Sequence record: SRR20825006_128
Direction: 5' to 3' (one strand)
DNA length: 64,000 nucleotides
The notes under the pieces were generated by a model. The model ran no database searches, was not told the DNA's origin, and saw nothing but the letters and a program-made list of their open reading frames with translations. This document shows positions 9,290 through 20,069 of this stretch, piece after piece. The first letter of the stretch is position 1. Every line of letters starts with the position of its first letter. A program made the translations under genes and the position numbers.

Positions 9290-10579
9290 TTATTCTCTAC
9301 GTATTTGTCGCTGTATTTTATCAATAGCCTGTTGAATAGACTTCTCGGGTTCAATAACATTGTAAGACCCCCAAAAATCAGGATCTCTAAACCCTGAAAC
9401 CTCATCAGCTAGAATCGTATTGCTCTTAAATTTAGTTTTATTGGTAATGTTTTGTGCGCCTAACTCTTCTTCCCAATCGGTTATAAGCATCTCACTTTTT
9501 ATTCGGTATTTATTATTAAAAAGTTTGCGTTTCCAGTTTACAACAAATTCCAGCTGTACATTACTATAACTATAATACCATTTGCCGTCTGTATTGCGAT
9601 AATCTACTCGATAACTAATTTCGGAAGGATAAACCTTTACACGGTTGGGTTTTTTCTTTACAAAAAGTTCTGATGCCCGTTTGCGATTTTCCACATTCAT
9701 ATTATAGATCGCATTGGTTAGCGCAAATGTTTCTGCATCAATGTAGAGTTTGCCATAATACAACGGATCTAATATGTTTTCTTTCTGTTTAAAGTTTACC
9801 ACATAAACCATTTTGCTATCATTGATAAGTGGTTCGCCAAATGAAAAGTCGTAATTAGATAAGGTTGCAGGCGTCATAAAATATTCAGGATATTTGATCA
9901 GATCGGCATAAAGCGCATTAAGCGGTCCGCCTTGTAATTTAATCGCCAAGGTATCTAAACGATTGTAATTGGTACTTTTTCGCGCTTTATAGACGCCCAC
10001 CAAGTCTGAACCTGCATTGGTATATGGGCGTTTCTTAATCGCAACTACAGCTTCCGCCAATGATGCGCTTCGGTTGCGCTTATTGATCGCTTCTCTGTAA
10101 AAAGCAGTCATATATGTTTCGGTATCTAAATAATTTTGATTTCGATTAGAAAAAACTTTAGCAACTAAAGTATACGCATCTTTTGGTCGGCTGATGCTCA
10201 CTTCATCCAGCTCAAAGCGTTGTGCGCTCAGTGCGATTTCATTATTTGTTTTTGCGAGATCTTTTAAGATGACCAAAAGCTTCTTATAACCGGGGTAGGT
10301 GATCGCAACTTTTGCATTGGGCATAGCCTCGTCAAGTTTTAGAGAAAAATTTCCCTCGCTATTGGTCACGGTGGCAATGTTGGTACCAGCAATTTCAAGA
10401 TTTACAAAAGGCAAAGCGTCTCCGGTTTGTGCATCAACTACTGTCCCTTTATATTCCACAATTTTCTGTGTATCCTGCGCCAAGACTTTTAACCCTAAAT
10501 AAGGCTGAATTAAAAACACTAAGAGTAGGAGTAAACTCCCTCTGAAAATGCGATATTTTTTATATCTATAATTTATCAT
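9290..10579 (-). CDS. Secreted protein with an N-terminal carboxypeptidase-regulatory-like domain
   Basis: Signal peptide ending VLA-Q, then GTVVDAQTGDALPFVN...TNSEGNFSL...LDEVSI; C-terminal DPDFWGSYNVIEPE. Confidence 0.85.
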   Translation of the reverse strand: MINYRYKKYRIFRGSLLLLLVFLIQPYLGLKVLAQDTQKIVEYKGTVVDAQTGDALPFVNLEIAGTNIATVTNSEGNFSLKLDEAMPNAKVAITYPGYKKLLVILKDLAKTNNEIALSAQRFELDEVSISRPKDAYTLVAKVFSNRNQNYLDTETYMTAFYREAINKRNRSASLAEAVVAIKKRPYTNAGSDLVGVYKARKSTNYNRLDTLAIKLQGGPLNALYADLIKYPEYFMTPATLSNYDFSFGEPLINDSKMVYVVNFKQKENILDPLYYGKLYIDAETFALTNAIYNMNVENRKRASELFVKKKPNRVKVYPSEISYRVDYRNTDGKWYYSYSNVQLEFVVNWKRKLFNNKYRIKSEMLITDWEEELGAQNITNKTKFKSNTILADEVSGFRDPDFWGSYNVIEPEKSIQQAIDKIQRQIRRE

Positions 10580-10761
10580 AGCTAAAACTGATTATTTACC
10601 CACTGAAGATACGAATAATTACGAATTATTTAAGGATTGAAATGCGTCTAAAAATGCAGTTGGCACGATTTCTGTTCTTTAGAATAGCTGTAACTTTGTA
10701 CATCTATTTGCAACACATTCAGCATAAATACGTATTTAAGAATAACAACGTTTTGAACTTG

Positions 10762-11487
10762 ATGAGCAACAAACTTCGCTTTAATACTCTATTTCGATTA
10801 AAATATCTTTTGGTCGGTGCGTTTGTATTGTCATTTTCTATGGTTCAAGCGCAGGTAGATAGCCGAAAAGGTTCTTTTAAAATTCCGGCTGTGGTAGATA
10901 CTGCAGGAACACCCACGCCGGTTCCATTAGATTCAGAAGCTCAGCCAGATATACCGCTTTCACGAGGTGGTTTAAGTATAGGTCCTGATGGAAAGCTTAC
11001 CGAGCGCCCGCAACTTCGTGCACCGGAATCTGCCGAATTTTATATGCTAAAGCGAGAAGATTTTGCTGATAGCGGACAGCGCTATACAGATATGATGAAT
11101 GAGCGTGAAGCAAATAGAAAAAGCGATAAATCAGATACACCTGCACATCAATCAGATCAAGACCTGGGAACTTTTCACAGTGGCGCACAGCAAGTGAAAA
11201 TTGTATGTAGAGATTATCAATTTGTAGATGGGGATCGCGTGGCTGTATTAGTGAACGACGAAGTAGTTGTTCCTAGCATTTGGTTAACGGAGACCTGGTC
11301 TAGTTTTTATCTTCCTTTAAAAAAGGGATTCAACCGTATTTCGTTTAAAGCTTTGAATCAAGGCTCTTCAGGACCCAACACCGCTTCTTTCACGGTTTAT
11401 GATGATTCAGGAAACGTTATTAGCTCTAACGAATGGAATTTACTGACCGGGGTGAAAGCTAACATTATGATCGTTAAGGAAGAGTAA
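10762..11487 (+). CDS. Secreted hypothetical protein
   Basis: Signal peptide ending VQA-Q and a C-terminal beta-rich domain (VDGDRVAVLVN...ALNQGSSGPNTA). TAACTTTG at 10690-10697 favours ATG 10762 over 10642. Confidence 0.8.
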   Translation: MSNKLRFNTLFRLKYLLVGAFVLSFSMVQAQVDSRKGSFKIPAVVDTAGTPTPVPLDSEAQPDIPLSRGGLSIGPDGKLTERPQLRAPESAEFYMLKREDFADSGQRYTDMMNEREANRKSDKSDTPAHQSDQDLGTFHSGAQQVKIVCRDYQFVDGDRVAVLVNDEVVVPSIWLTETWSSFYLPLKKGFNRISFKALNQGSSGPNTASFTVYDDSGNVISSNEWNLLTGVKANIMIVKEE

Positions 11488-11505
11488 GCGATTGAAAAAT
11501 ATATT

Positions 11506-11539
11506 AAAAAAGCGAGTCTCCTAATAGACTCGCTTTTTT
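11506..11539. terminator. Bidirectional rho-independent terminator
   Basis: AAAAAAGCGAGTCT-cctaat-AGACTCGCTTTTTT between convergent genes. Confidence 0.9.
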
Positions 11540-11544
11540 CAATT

Positions 11545-11811
11545 TTATAATTCTCCTTTCTGCTCCTCGAGGTTGTTGTTTCTTGAACCTCCTTGACTGT
11601 ACAATTTGTTTTCCTCGTCCTTCACATTTGAACGGTCTTCTCCTGTTGGGATATCCAGATCTTTACCGGTAAAATCTACAGGTTTTTCACGATCGCGTAG
11701 CTGCTCATCAACTCCGCCATCTTTATGCACATTTTTTTGATTTAAAAGATCTAAATCTTCTTTAGTAAGATCTGCGTTATAATCTGTTTTACTTTTTTCT
11801 TTAGTACTCAT
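11545..11811 (-). CDS. Small acidic hydrophilic hypothetical protein
   Basis: 88 aa, D/E/N/K-rich, ATG start, ends next to the terminator. Confidence 0.75.
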   Translation of the reverse strand: MSTKEKSKTDYNADLTKEDLDLLNQKNVHKDGGVDEQLRDREKPVDFTGKDLDIPTGEDRSNVKDEENKLYSQGGSRNNNLEEQKGEL

Positions 11812-11985
11812 AGTTTTCTATTTTTCTAAAATTTAAAAATTCTAAAACGTTATCAAATTGTTTTTAACTGCTTCTACTGAAAACTATAACAAGGTTTTAA
11901 TACTTGTAGGTACGGTCAACACTGGTATTAATAGTATTTTAGCTTTTTGAAGCTAAAACAATTTAGCCCAAGTATTTCCCACTTT

Positions 11986-14900
11986 ATGAGCAAAAAAAGC
12001 AAGAAAATCCTTTTCAAAATCCTCAAGATCTTAGGAAAAATTATAGGAGTGCTTTTGCTTTTGTTTATACTCTTAGTGCTTTTTGTTCGTAGTCCGTGGG
12101 GACAAGGAATCATCGTTGACAAAGCTGTAAATTATGTAAAGGATAAAACCAATACAGAAGTTCATATAGATAAGCTTTTTGTCACCTTTGATGGAAACAT
12201 TTCTTTAGATGGTTTGTATCTCGAAGATACGCAGGGAGATACTTTGGTGTTTAGTAAACATCTTGAAGCAGAAATCCCTTTATGGTCTGTAATTACCGGC
12301 GGTCCCATTAGTGTGGACGATGTCACTTGGGAAGGAGTCAGGGCAAATGTTGTACGCAAGGATTCCTTAAGTGGTTATAATTATCAATTTTTGATAGATG
12401 CCTTTGCCGCGACAGATACTACTAGTGTACAACCCGCACCTACAGCGCAAGATACCACAGCGCTTCAGTTTAATCTGGGTACGTTTGACTTTAAGGATAT
12501 CCAATTAAATTACGCAGATCAAGTTACCGGTATGCAGGCTAATCTCAATTTAGGAGCGCTTGAGGTTCAAATGCGAGAAACTAATCTTGACGAAATGCTT
12601 TTTGATATTGGCGATGTACGATTGGCCAATACTAAAGTCGTTTATAAACAAACAAAACCCATCGCGCCATCAACCGATACTACTGAAGTTCCTTTGCCAA
12701 TTTTGCGTATTAGGGAACTGGTAGTCGAAGATGTGACCTTTGATTACGCCTCGACACCAGACGGAATTGCCGCCGATGGAACGCTTGCAATATTAGAGAC
12801 TCATATTCCTCAAATAGATCTCAAAAACAACGTTATTAAGGTTGAAGATTTTCTGCTGAAAAACTCCGTGGTAAACTTGGCTTTGCAAACTGTTGAAAAA
12901 CAAGAGGCACCAGCTGAAAAATTGCCGGAAACCTCTCAAGAACTCTGGCCGCCTTTTACAGTTGCTGTTGGCGAATTAAATTTAGAGAATAATGCAATTC
13001 AGTATACGCTTGATGGGGCGCAACCGAGTGCGGGACGTTTTAATCCGAATGCTATAGCACTTTCTGATTTAAATCTAAACCTAGAGGGCATAAACTTGAA
13101 AGACCAGAATTTAGAAGCACATGTAACTCGTGCTGATTTTAAGGAAGTTTCGGGGATGAATTTAGATGAATTGGCGTTTGACCTACAAGTAAGCGATACA
13201 CGTTTAGATCTGGATAATATCGCTTTTCAACTAAATCAGAATGCATTAGCAGGAACGCTTCAACTGGATTATAATAGCCTAAATGCGTTTATTGAAGTAC
13301 CCGGTTCCGCAGCGCTTAAATTGAACATACCGCAATTGACCCTGAATTTAAACACGCTGTTTAAATTTTCACCGGAACTACGCGCTAATGAGTATCTGGC
13401 GACCCTAAGTAAACGACCACTACGCGGAAGCTTAAATCTCTCGGGGAAACTTGATGCTATTGATCTAAAACCTACACGTATTAATTGGGGAAATCAAACA
13501 AGTCTTGCAGTACAAGGAAGTATATACAACGCTTCGACTCCAGAGAATTTGTCTTATAATTTACCGGTGTACACCGTAAAAAGCGCTAAACAAGATTTAG
13601 GAAGATTTGTGGATGAGCAAGCATTAGGTGTACAATTTCCGGAAAAAGTTACTTTGCAAGGTTCGTTAAAAGGAACCACAACCCGAGCTGCTACAAAAAG
13701 TGTTTTAACCACTACAGATGGGATTGTGAGGCTTGATGGAAATGCCAGTTTTGGCGATACGCTTGAGTTTAAGGGCGACGTTAGCGCGCAGCAGGTCAAT
13801 CTAGGCAAGTTGCTGCAAAATGAGCAATTGGGCTTTGCTGAATTACAACTGCAGGCAGAAGGTGCCGGGAATAGCATAAATACGCTTGATGCTACAGTAA
13901 ATGCCACCATTGACAGTATTCAGCTGAATAATTACACATTTAAAGATCTCGCGATCAATGGTGCGTTTAAGTCAGGAACCGGGGATTTAAAAACGGCTTA
14001 TAAAGATGAAAATCTAAATATGACCTTAGATGCGCGGGTAGTTTTAGATTCTGTTGCGTCTCAAGCTGCAATAAATCTGGATCTCATAGGAGCTGATTTG
14101 CAGGCTTTAGGTCTTACCGAACAAAATATAAAAGCAGCTTTAACGCTTCAGGGAACTTTTAAAGGGGATCCCGAAGATTATGAGATTCAAACGCAGATCA
14201 ATGAAGGGGTAGCGGTTTATGATGACCGGGCTTATCAGTTGGGTGATCTTGATATTTCGGCGTATGTAAAGCCTGATACGACTTCGTTAGCCATTAGCAA
14301 CAGAATTCTCAATCTGGATCTAGAATCTAATGCAAATCCGCAGCAGGTGATCACTTCGGTACAAAATCATTTTAAACGCTATTTGCAGAAAAATCCCGTT
14401 CTAGACTCTATCCAAGATCCCGTGTTGATGAATATTACAGGGACTGTGCATCAAGCACCCATTTTAGGCGAAGTATTCATTCCTAATCTTAGAGAGTTAG
14501 ATACGGTTGATATATCGGTTGATTTTGATGAATATAAGCGCACGCTTAATGCAGATATTCAATTGCCTTATATCAATTATAACGGCTATACGATAGACAG
14601 TCTTGCATTAAAAATGGTATCTAACAAAGAGAATATGGATTTCGGTTTTGGGCTGAAAGAACTTATCGCAGGACCGGTTGATATGCAAGATACACGCATT
14701 GGCGGAAGGGTGACCAACAGTAAAATGTACATTGATTTTCTTTCTATGCACGATAAGGAAAAGCTGGTGCACGTGCTTTATAAAATCGCTTTGGAAGAAG
14801 ACAATATTAAAATTCAGATAGATCCTGACGATTTTATTCTGAATAAAAAGCCGTGGGAGATTAACCCGAATAATTCGGTGACTTTAACCAAGACCAATAC

Positions 14901-16980
14901 GATTTTTGAAGATTTTGAAATGTCGTACAACAACCAGCGCATAACCGCCGGGAATAACCTACAAGGTATTTCTAAAGAACATTTAGGGATTAATTTTGAG
15001 AATTTCAAACTCGCAAATATTATGAGTTTGCTCAACCCTGATGCTGCGTTGGCTCGTGGTAAACTTAGCGGTCAATTTGCTGTTGAAGATCCATATACCA
15101 GTCCGGGTATGGTTTTAGACCTCAATATTAAAGACTTTGAAGTACTAGAAACAAATATGGGCGTTCTTACCGCACAAGGAAATTCTATAAGTAATTCAGG
15201 ATATGATTTTCAAATGGCGATCAAAGAGGGTGTGGCAGATCTGGACCTAAAAGGGAATTACACCGCTAATGAAACGGCTGCTCAAATTGATCTTAACTTA
15301 GATCTTAATCGCTTTGACGTGGCTGCGCTTGAAAAATTATCCTTCGGGGAACTATCAAATGCAGACGGAACAATCAGCGGAGCGATGAAATTAGCTGGTA
15401 CCACCGCAGAACCCAGATATGAAGGCGCCTTTCAATTTGATAATGCAAAGTTTGAAGTAACCAAACTCAATGCATCATTCCTTCTCAAAAATGAAGAACT
15501 GAATTTGAACAATGAGGGAGTCACTTTTAATAATTTTAGAGTTGAAGATGAGAACGCTAATCCAATAGTTGTTAATGGAACCATTGGTACCGAAAGTTTT
15601 GTGAATCCAACTTTTGATCTTGATCTTAAAGCAACCAACTTTAAAGCGATCAATTCTACTAAAGATGATTTTGATTTGGTTTACGGAACTGCCGTTTTTG
15701 ACGCTGATGCTCAAATCATAGGAGATCTTAATTTACCTAAAGTAACACTTGATCTCACCGTAAATTCAGATACTGATGTGACTTATGTACTTCCACCATC
15801 TGAAGTGCAAATTGAATCTAAAGAAGGCGTTGTACTATTTGTGAATAAAGAAAATCCAGATGCGATCTTAACCAATAATGAAGAAGACTCATACACGGTT
15901 TCGGGCTTTACGATTGATGCGAATTTTGGTATTGAAAAAGGCGCGGTTTTTAATCTTGTAATTGATGAGCAAACCGGAGATAATTTTCAAGTGAGCGGTA
16001 CCGGGGACTTTGAATTTGATATGTATCCTAACGGAAGAATGACGCTTAGCGGTCGCTACGACGTGACAGATGGGCACTACGAAATGAGCCTGTACAATCT
16101 TGTTAACCGCCGTTTTGAACTCGCTCCTGATAGTCGTATCACGTGGTCAGGCGATCCTTTTGATGCTGATCTGGACATCAAGGCCTATTACAGCGTAGAA
16201 ACTTCGGCCAGCGGACTGATGGCTTCTCAAACTAGCGGAGCAGACATCAGTACGCAAATGCAATACCGCCAGGAAGTACCGTTTCAGGTATATATTAATA
16301 TCAATGGCGAACTGATGCAGCCTATTATCAGTTTTAATCTAGATATTCCTGAGGGTAGTCGCGGGGCAGTTGGCGGCCAAGTATATAGCCGTGTTCAGCA
16401 GTTGAATCAACAGGAGAATGAATTGAACAAACAGGTATTCTCACTTCTTGTGCTTAATCGCTTTTTCCCCACTTCTTCATCAGATGGAAGCAGCGGCGGT
16501 ACTGCGGCTATTGCACGTGACAACTTAAACGACGCGATCTCAGATCAGTTGAATATGTTTTCAGATAAACTATTAGGCGACACCGGCTTTAATCTAAATT
16601 TTGGTTTAGATAGCTATACGGATTATCAAGGAAGCGCGCCTACTGATCGTACCACATTAGATATTGCAGCTCAAAAAAGTCTATTTAACGATCGGGTAGT
16701 GGTAAGTGTGGGGAGCGCTGTTGATCTACAAGGCAGCGGAAATACTGATAGCGGAAACGCACCTGTGGTAGGCAACGTGAGTATAGAATATCTGTTAACT
16801 GAAGATGGTCGTTATCGCTTACGCGGATATCGCAGCAGTCAGTTTGAAAATATTATTGATGGTCAGATCATCGTAAACGGTATTTCGTTACAGTTTACGC
16901 GTGAGTTCAACAAGTTTACCGAATTATGGCAGTCGATGTTTCCTGCTAAAACCGAAGAAGAGGAAGATACTAATGAGTAA
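11986..16980 (+). CDS. tamB: Translocation/assembly module TamB domain protein
   Basis: About 1660 aa with an N-terminal signal anchor, a long beta-rich body and a C-terminal DUF490-like region (ITWSGDPFDADLDI, NKQVFSLLVLNRF). Adjacent to an Omp85-family gene. Confidence 0.9.
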   Translation: MSKKSKKILFKILKILGKIIGVLLLLFILLVLFVRSPWGQGIIVDKAVNYVKDKTNTEVHIDKLFVTFDGNISLDGLYLEDTQGDTLVFSKHLEAEIPLWSVITGGPISVDDVTWEGVRANVVRKDSLSGYNYQFLIDAFAATDTTSVQPAPTAQDTTALQFNLGTFDFKDIQLNYADQVTGMQANLNLGALEVQMRETNLDEMLFDIGDVRLANTKVVYKQTKPIAPSTDTTEVPLPILRIRELVVEDVTFDYASTPDGIAADGTLAILETHIPQIDLKNNVIKVEDFLLKNSVVNLALQTVEKQEAPAEKLPETSQELWPPFTVAVGELNLENNAIQYTLDGAQPSAGRFNPNAIALSDLNLNLEGINLKDQNLEAHVTRADFKEVSGMNLDELAFDLQVSDTRLDLDNIAFQLNQNALAGTLQLDYNSLNAFIEVPGSAALKLNIPQLTLNLNTLFKFSPELRANEYLATLSKRPLRGSLNLSGKLDAIDLKPTRINWGNQTSLAVQGSIYNASTPENLSYNLPVYTVKSAKQDLGRFVDEQALGVQFPEKVTLQGSLKGTTTRAATKSVLTTTDGIVRLDGNASFGDTLEFKGDVSAQQVNLGKLLQNEQLGFAELQLQAEGAGNSINTLDATVNATIDSIQLNNYTFKDLAINGAFKSGTGDLKTAYKDENLNMTLDARVVLDSVASQAAINLDLIGADLQALGLTEQNIKAALTLQGTFKGDPEDYEIQTQINEGVAVYDDRAYQLGDLDISAYVKPDTTSLAISNRILNLDLESNANPQQVITSVQNHFKRYLQKNPVLDSIQDPVLMNITGTVHQAPILGEVFIPNLRELDTVDISVDFDEYKRTLNADIQLPYINYNGYTIDSLALKMVSNKENMDFGFGLKELIAGPVDMQDTRIGGRVTNSKMYIDFLSMHDKEKLVHVLYKIALEEDNIKIQIDPDDFILNKKPWEINPNNSVTLTKTNTIFEDFEMSYNNQRITAGNNLQGISKEHLGINFENFKLANIMSLLNPDAALARGKLSGQFAVEDPYTSPGMVLDLNIKDFEVLETNMGVLTAQGNSISNSGYDFQMAIKEGVADLDLKGNYTANETAAQIDLNLDLNRFDVAALEKLSFGELSNADGTISGAMKLAGTTAEPRYEGAFQFDNAKFEVTKLNASFLLKNEELNLNNEGVTFNNFRVEDENANPIVVNGTIGTESFVNPTFDLDLKATNFKAINSTKDDFDLVYGTAVFDADAQIIGDLNLPKVTLDLTVNSDTDVTYVLPPSEVQIESKEGVVLFVNKENPDAILTNNEEDSYTVSGFTIDANFGIEKGAVFNLVIDEQTGDNFQVSGTGDFEFDMYPNGRMTLSGRYDVTDGHYEMSLYNLVNRRFELAPDSRITWSGDPFDADLDIKAYYSVETSASGLMASQTSGADISTQMQYRQEVPFQVYININGELMQPIISFNLDIPEGSRGAVGGQVYSRVQQLNQQENELNKQVFSLLVLNRFFPTSSSDGSSGGTAAIARDNLNDAISDQLNMFSDKLLGDTGFNLNFGLDSYTDYQGSAPTDRTTLDIAAQKSLFNDRVVVSVGSAVDLQGSGNTDSGNAPVVGNVSIEYLLTEDGRYRLRGYRSSQFENIIDGQIIVNGISLQFTREFNKFTELWQSMFPAKTEEEEDTNE

Positions 16981-19264
16981 GTCAACAGTTTTAATGAAAA
17001 TGAATAAAAACCTGCTTGCGGTGTTATTCCTTGTGCTTGTGTGCTACGGATGTTCGGTAGATCGCTATATTCCAGAGGGGAAATATCTTTATACAAAAGA
17101 GACCGTCAATATTACACCGGATTCTGTGGTAGAAAATCTGGATGCTATTAAAACCGATTTGAAAGCGGCTTTGCGACCAGAACCTGTAGGTTCATTTTTG
17201 GGCGGATACCCGGGACTTTACTACCATTACAAAGCTCAACGTGAAAAACCTGGATTTCTAAATAAATTCTTGAATAAAAAATTTGGAAAAGAGCCGGTTT
17301 ACGATACCGATATTGAAACTTACGAGATGGAGCAAATTTTGCTTAATCGTTTAGAAAACAAAGGGTTTTTCTATAGCACCGTAAGTTCTGAGATCGTAAG
17401 AGACACTTCCAGTAAAGAGGCCGAAGCAATTTACTCGCTTCGACTTACAAAGCCGTACCGACTGAAAACGTATCAATTGGATACGGATACGCTTCCGGTG
17501 TATGCTAAGATTCAAAATTCCATGAATGAAACCCTTTTAAAAAAGGATATGCCGTTCAATTTAAGTGCTATGAAAGCTGAACGCGAGCGCATAGACACGT
17601 ATTTAAAAGGTGAAGGCTATTACAACTTCAATGGTGCTTTTTTAATTTTTGAGACAGATACCAATCAATATAAAAATAAGCGCTTTGATCAGTATTTACG
17701 CTTAAAGAAAGATGTGCCCGCTAAAGCGATTATTCCATATCAAATAGGGAAAGTGAATATTTTCCCTAATAATCGTGTGGATATTGACAGTACGACTTTA
17801 GACACCACCCAATTTGCAAATAAGAATTTCATTCAGGACGAAGTTTATTTTAAACCTAAACGTTTAGATCCCTTTGTTTTGATTGAAGAAGGAGAATTAT
17901 ATAGTCCGTCAAGATCAAAAGCAACCGGAAGACGTCTGGGTTCCATAGGTGCCTATAAATTTGTGAATATTCGCTACCAAGAAATGGATACTGATGCCGA
18001 GGACAGTTTAGGACTTTTAGAAGCAAATATTTATTTATCTCCTTTAAATAAACGAGCGGTTAGGGCAGAGGTAAAAGGCGTAACCAAATCAAATGGTTTT
18101 TCAGGTCCGGGGTTGGGATTGACCTTTATCAATCGCAATTTGTTTAAAGGTGGGGAAAGCCTCAATATTTCTCTTGATGGAGCCTATGAGGTACAAGCGG
18201 GTGGTTCTGGAAGTAACAGTGGTTCTACCAGTTTACAGTTAGGTTTAAGCGGAAAATTGATCTTTCCGCGAATGCTTTTTCCTATTGAAATTTCTAAAAA
18301 TTATTTCAAGTACGATATTCCCAAAACGAAGATCGAGATGGGGATTTCTTATTTGAACCGAACGCAGTTATTTACTTTAGGTTCTGTTGAAGCAAAATTT
18401 GGTTATGTATGGCAAGCCAATAAATATGTGACGCACGAGATCAATCCAGTGGCGATCAATTATGTTTCCTTAGCCAATACCACAGACGAATTTGAACAGA
18501 TTTTGGATGAAAATCCATTTTTACGTACGAGTTTTGATCAACAGTTCATCTCTGGTTTGACCTATTCTTTTATTTACAATGGAATGATTGATACTCAACG
18601 TCAACATCAGATTTATCTCAATGCTAATTTTGAAACAGCCGGTAATAGCTTAAGTTTAATTGCAAGCGGAGAAAAACCACAAAATATCTTCGGTTTAGAT
18701 TATGCCCAATTTGCACGCGTAGATGCAGATTTTAGATACCACTTTAAACTCACCGAAAAGCAAACCATTGCTACCCGATTGTTTGCCGGAATAGGTATTC
18801 CTTACGGAAATTCAGATGTGGTACCGTATACCAAACAATACTTTTCCGGAGGGCCGTATAGTGTGAGAGCGTTTAGAACACGTTCACTGGGTCCGGGGAC
18901 TTATCAACCAGAAGATAGCGAGACGTTTAGCTATTACGATCAAACAGGAAATTTGCGACTAGAGGCCAATTTAGAATACCGGTTTCCACTCGTGAGTTTA
19001 CTGCAAGGCGCATTTTTTGTAGATGCCGGTAACGTCTGGAACACCACAGATAACGAAGCTCTTGAGGGCGATACTTTTGGAAGTGACTTTATGAAGCAAC
19101 TGGGTATTGGAGGCGGCTTCGGAATGCGCGTAGACATTCAGAATTTTGTGATCAGACTAGATCTCGCAGCGCCGTTTCACGATCCGAGTTTAGCTGAAGG
19201 ATCACGTTGGTCTTGGGATCTTGAAAATCCTATTTTAAACTTCGCGATAGGATACCCGTTCTAG
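16973..19264 (+). CDS. tamL: Omp85 (BamA/TamA) family outer membrane lipoprotein, TamL type
   Basis: Lipobox CYGC, POTRA-like region, loop-6 motif GGPYSVRAF and C-terminal FAIGYPF. Overlaps the tamB end. Confidence 0.88.
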   Translation: MSKSTVLMKMNKNLLAVLFLVLVCYGCSVDRYIPEGKYLYTKETVNITPDSVVENLDAIKTDLKAALRPEPVGSFLGGYPGLYYHYKAQREKPGFLNKFLNKKFGKEPVYDTDIETYEMEQILLNRLENKGFFYSTVSSEIVRDTSSKEAEAIYSLRLTKPYRLKTYQLDTDTLPVYAKIQNSMNETLLKKDMPFNLSAMKAERERIDTYLKGEGYYNFNGAFLIFETDTNQYKNKRFDQYLRLKKDVPAKAIIPYQIGKVNIFPNNRVDIDSTTLDTTQFANKNFIQDEVYFKPKRLDPFVLIEEGELYSPSRSKATGRRLGSIGAYKFVNIRYQEMDTDAEDSLGLLEANIYLSPLNKRAVRAEVKGVTKSNGFSGPGLGLTFINRNLFKGGESLNISLDGAYEVQAGGSGSNSGSTSLQLGLSGKLIFPRMLFPIEISKNYFKYDIPKTKIEMGISYLNRTQLFTLGSVEAKFGYVWQANKYVTHEINPVAINYVSLANTTDEFEQILDENPFLRTSFDQQFISGLTYSFIYNGMIDTQRQHQIYLNANFETAGNSLSLIASGEKPQNIFGLDYAQFARVDADFRYHFKLTEKQTIATRLFAGIGIPYGNSDVVPYTKQYFSGGPYSVRAFRTRSLGPGTYQPEDSETFSYYDQTGNLRLEANLEYRFPLVSLLQGAFFVDAGNVWNTTDNEALEGDTFGSDFMKQLGIGGGFGMRVDIQNFVIRLDLAAPFHDPSLAEGSRWSWDLENPILNFAIGYPF

Positions 19265-19265
19265 A

Positions 19266-19997
19266 CTAATGTGTTCTGGGATCTCTTCTGAAAAGTTCGA
19301 TAACATTAAAAAGAAGAATACAAAATATTACCCAGATAAAACCAGCTATAAAACCGCCTGCAATATCTGATGGAAAGTGTACTCCTAGATAAATTCGGCT
19401 GATGCCAATACTCAGCAGAATGAATGCAAGAAAAGTAATAGCCGCTACTTTAGCCCATTTATTGATCTTAAATTGAGTGGTGAGATAGATCAGGAATCCA
19501 TAAAATGCCATGGCACTCATTGCGTGACCGCTAGGATAACTCAGCGTTTCTACCGAAACTAAATGCTCAATACTTGGCCGTGCGCGATCAATAAAGCGCT
19601 TTAAAATCACGTTAGAAATAGAAGCTAGAAGTAAGACCAATGCGGTTTGCGCAACGTATTTCCAGCGTTTAAAAATGAAGTAAGAAATTCCAACAAAAAG
19701 GCCCATAACAATCAAGTAGCCATAGAGATCACCTACGTCTGTAACAAACATAAAATACTTGGTGAGCGCCGGGTTTCGGTGTGAAATCACGTACGTTGTA
19801 ATTTTGGAATCCCATTCATTTAACATGTCTGACTCTAGGGTATCTGTCAATTCTATAAAAACATTTACGCCTAAAACTACAATGATCAGCGCGATGAAAA
19901 CGGTAATTAAATACGGTAGTTTGGCGTCATATTGCTTGAACTTTTGGGCAAGCAGGTTGCGTAATTTTAGAATAAATAGATAGAGTGATTGTCTCAT
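19266..19997 (-). CDS. PAP2 family membrane phosphatase
   Basis: KRFIDRARP, YPSGH and SRIYLGVHFPSD motifs. Confidence 0.93.
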   Translation of the reverse strand: MRQSLYLFILKLRNLLAQKFKQYDAKLPYLITVFIALIIVVLGVNVFIELTDTLESDMLNEWDSKITTYVISHRNPALTKYFMFVTDVGDLYGYLIVMGLFVGISYFIFKRWKYVAQTALVLLLASISNVILKRFIDRARPSIEHLVSVETLSYPSGHAMSAMAFYGFLIYLTTQFKINKWAKVAAITFLAFILLSIGISRIYLGVHFPSDIAGGFIAGFIWVIFCILLFNVIELFRRDPRTH

Positions 19998-20069
19998 AAA
20001 GTCAGTTAAAGCGCACTTTTTACAAACATATTGATCTCTAACGGCCTAGCGGGTTGCTTTATTAAAACT

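Noticed and set aside
10642-10761. Extended N-terminus of the 281-aa ORF
   Set aside because: A promoter box lies inside the extension, and the signal peptide fits a start at 10762.
16901-16972. GTG-initiated N-terminal extension of tamL overlapping tamB
   Set aside because: The lipoprotein signal position favours ATG at 16973 or slightly later.
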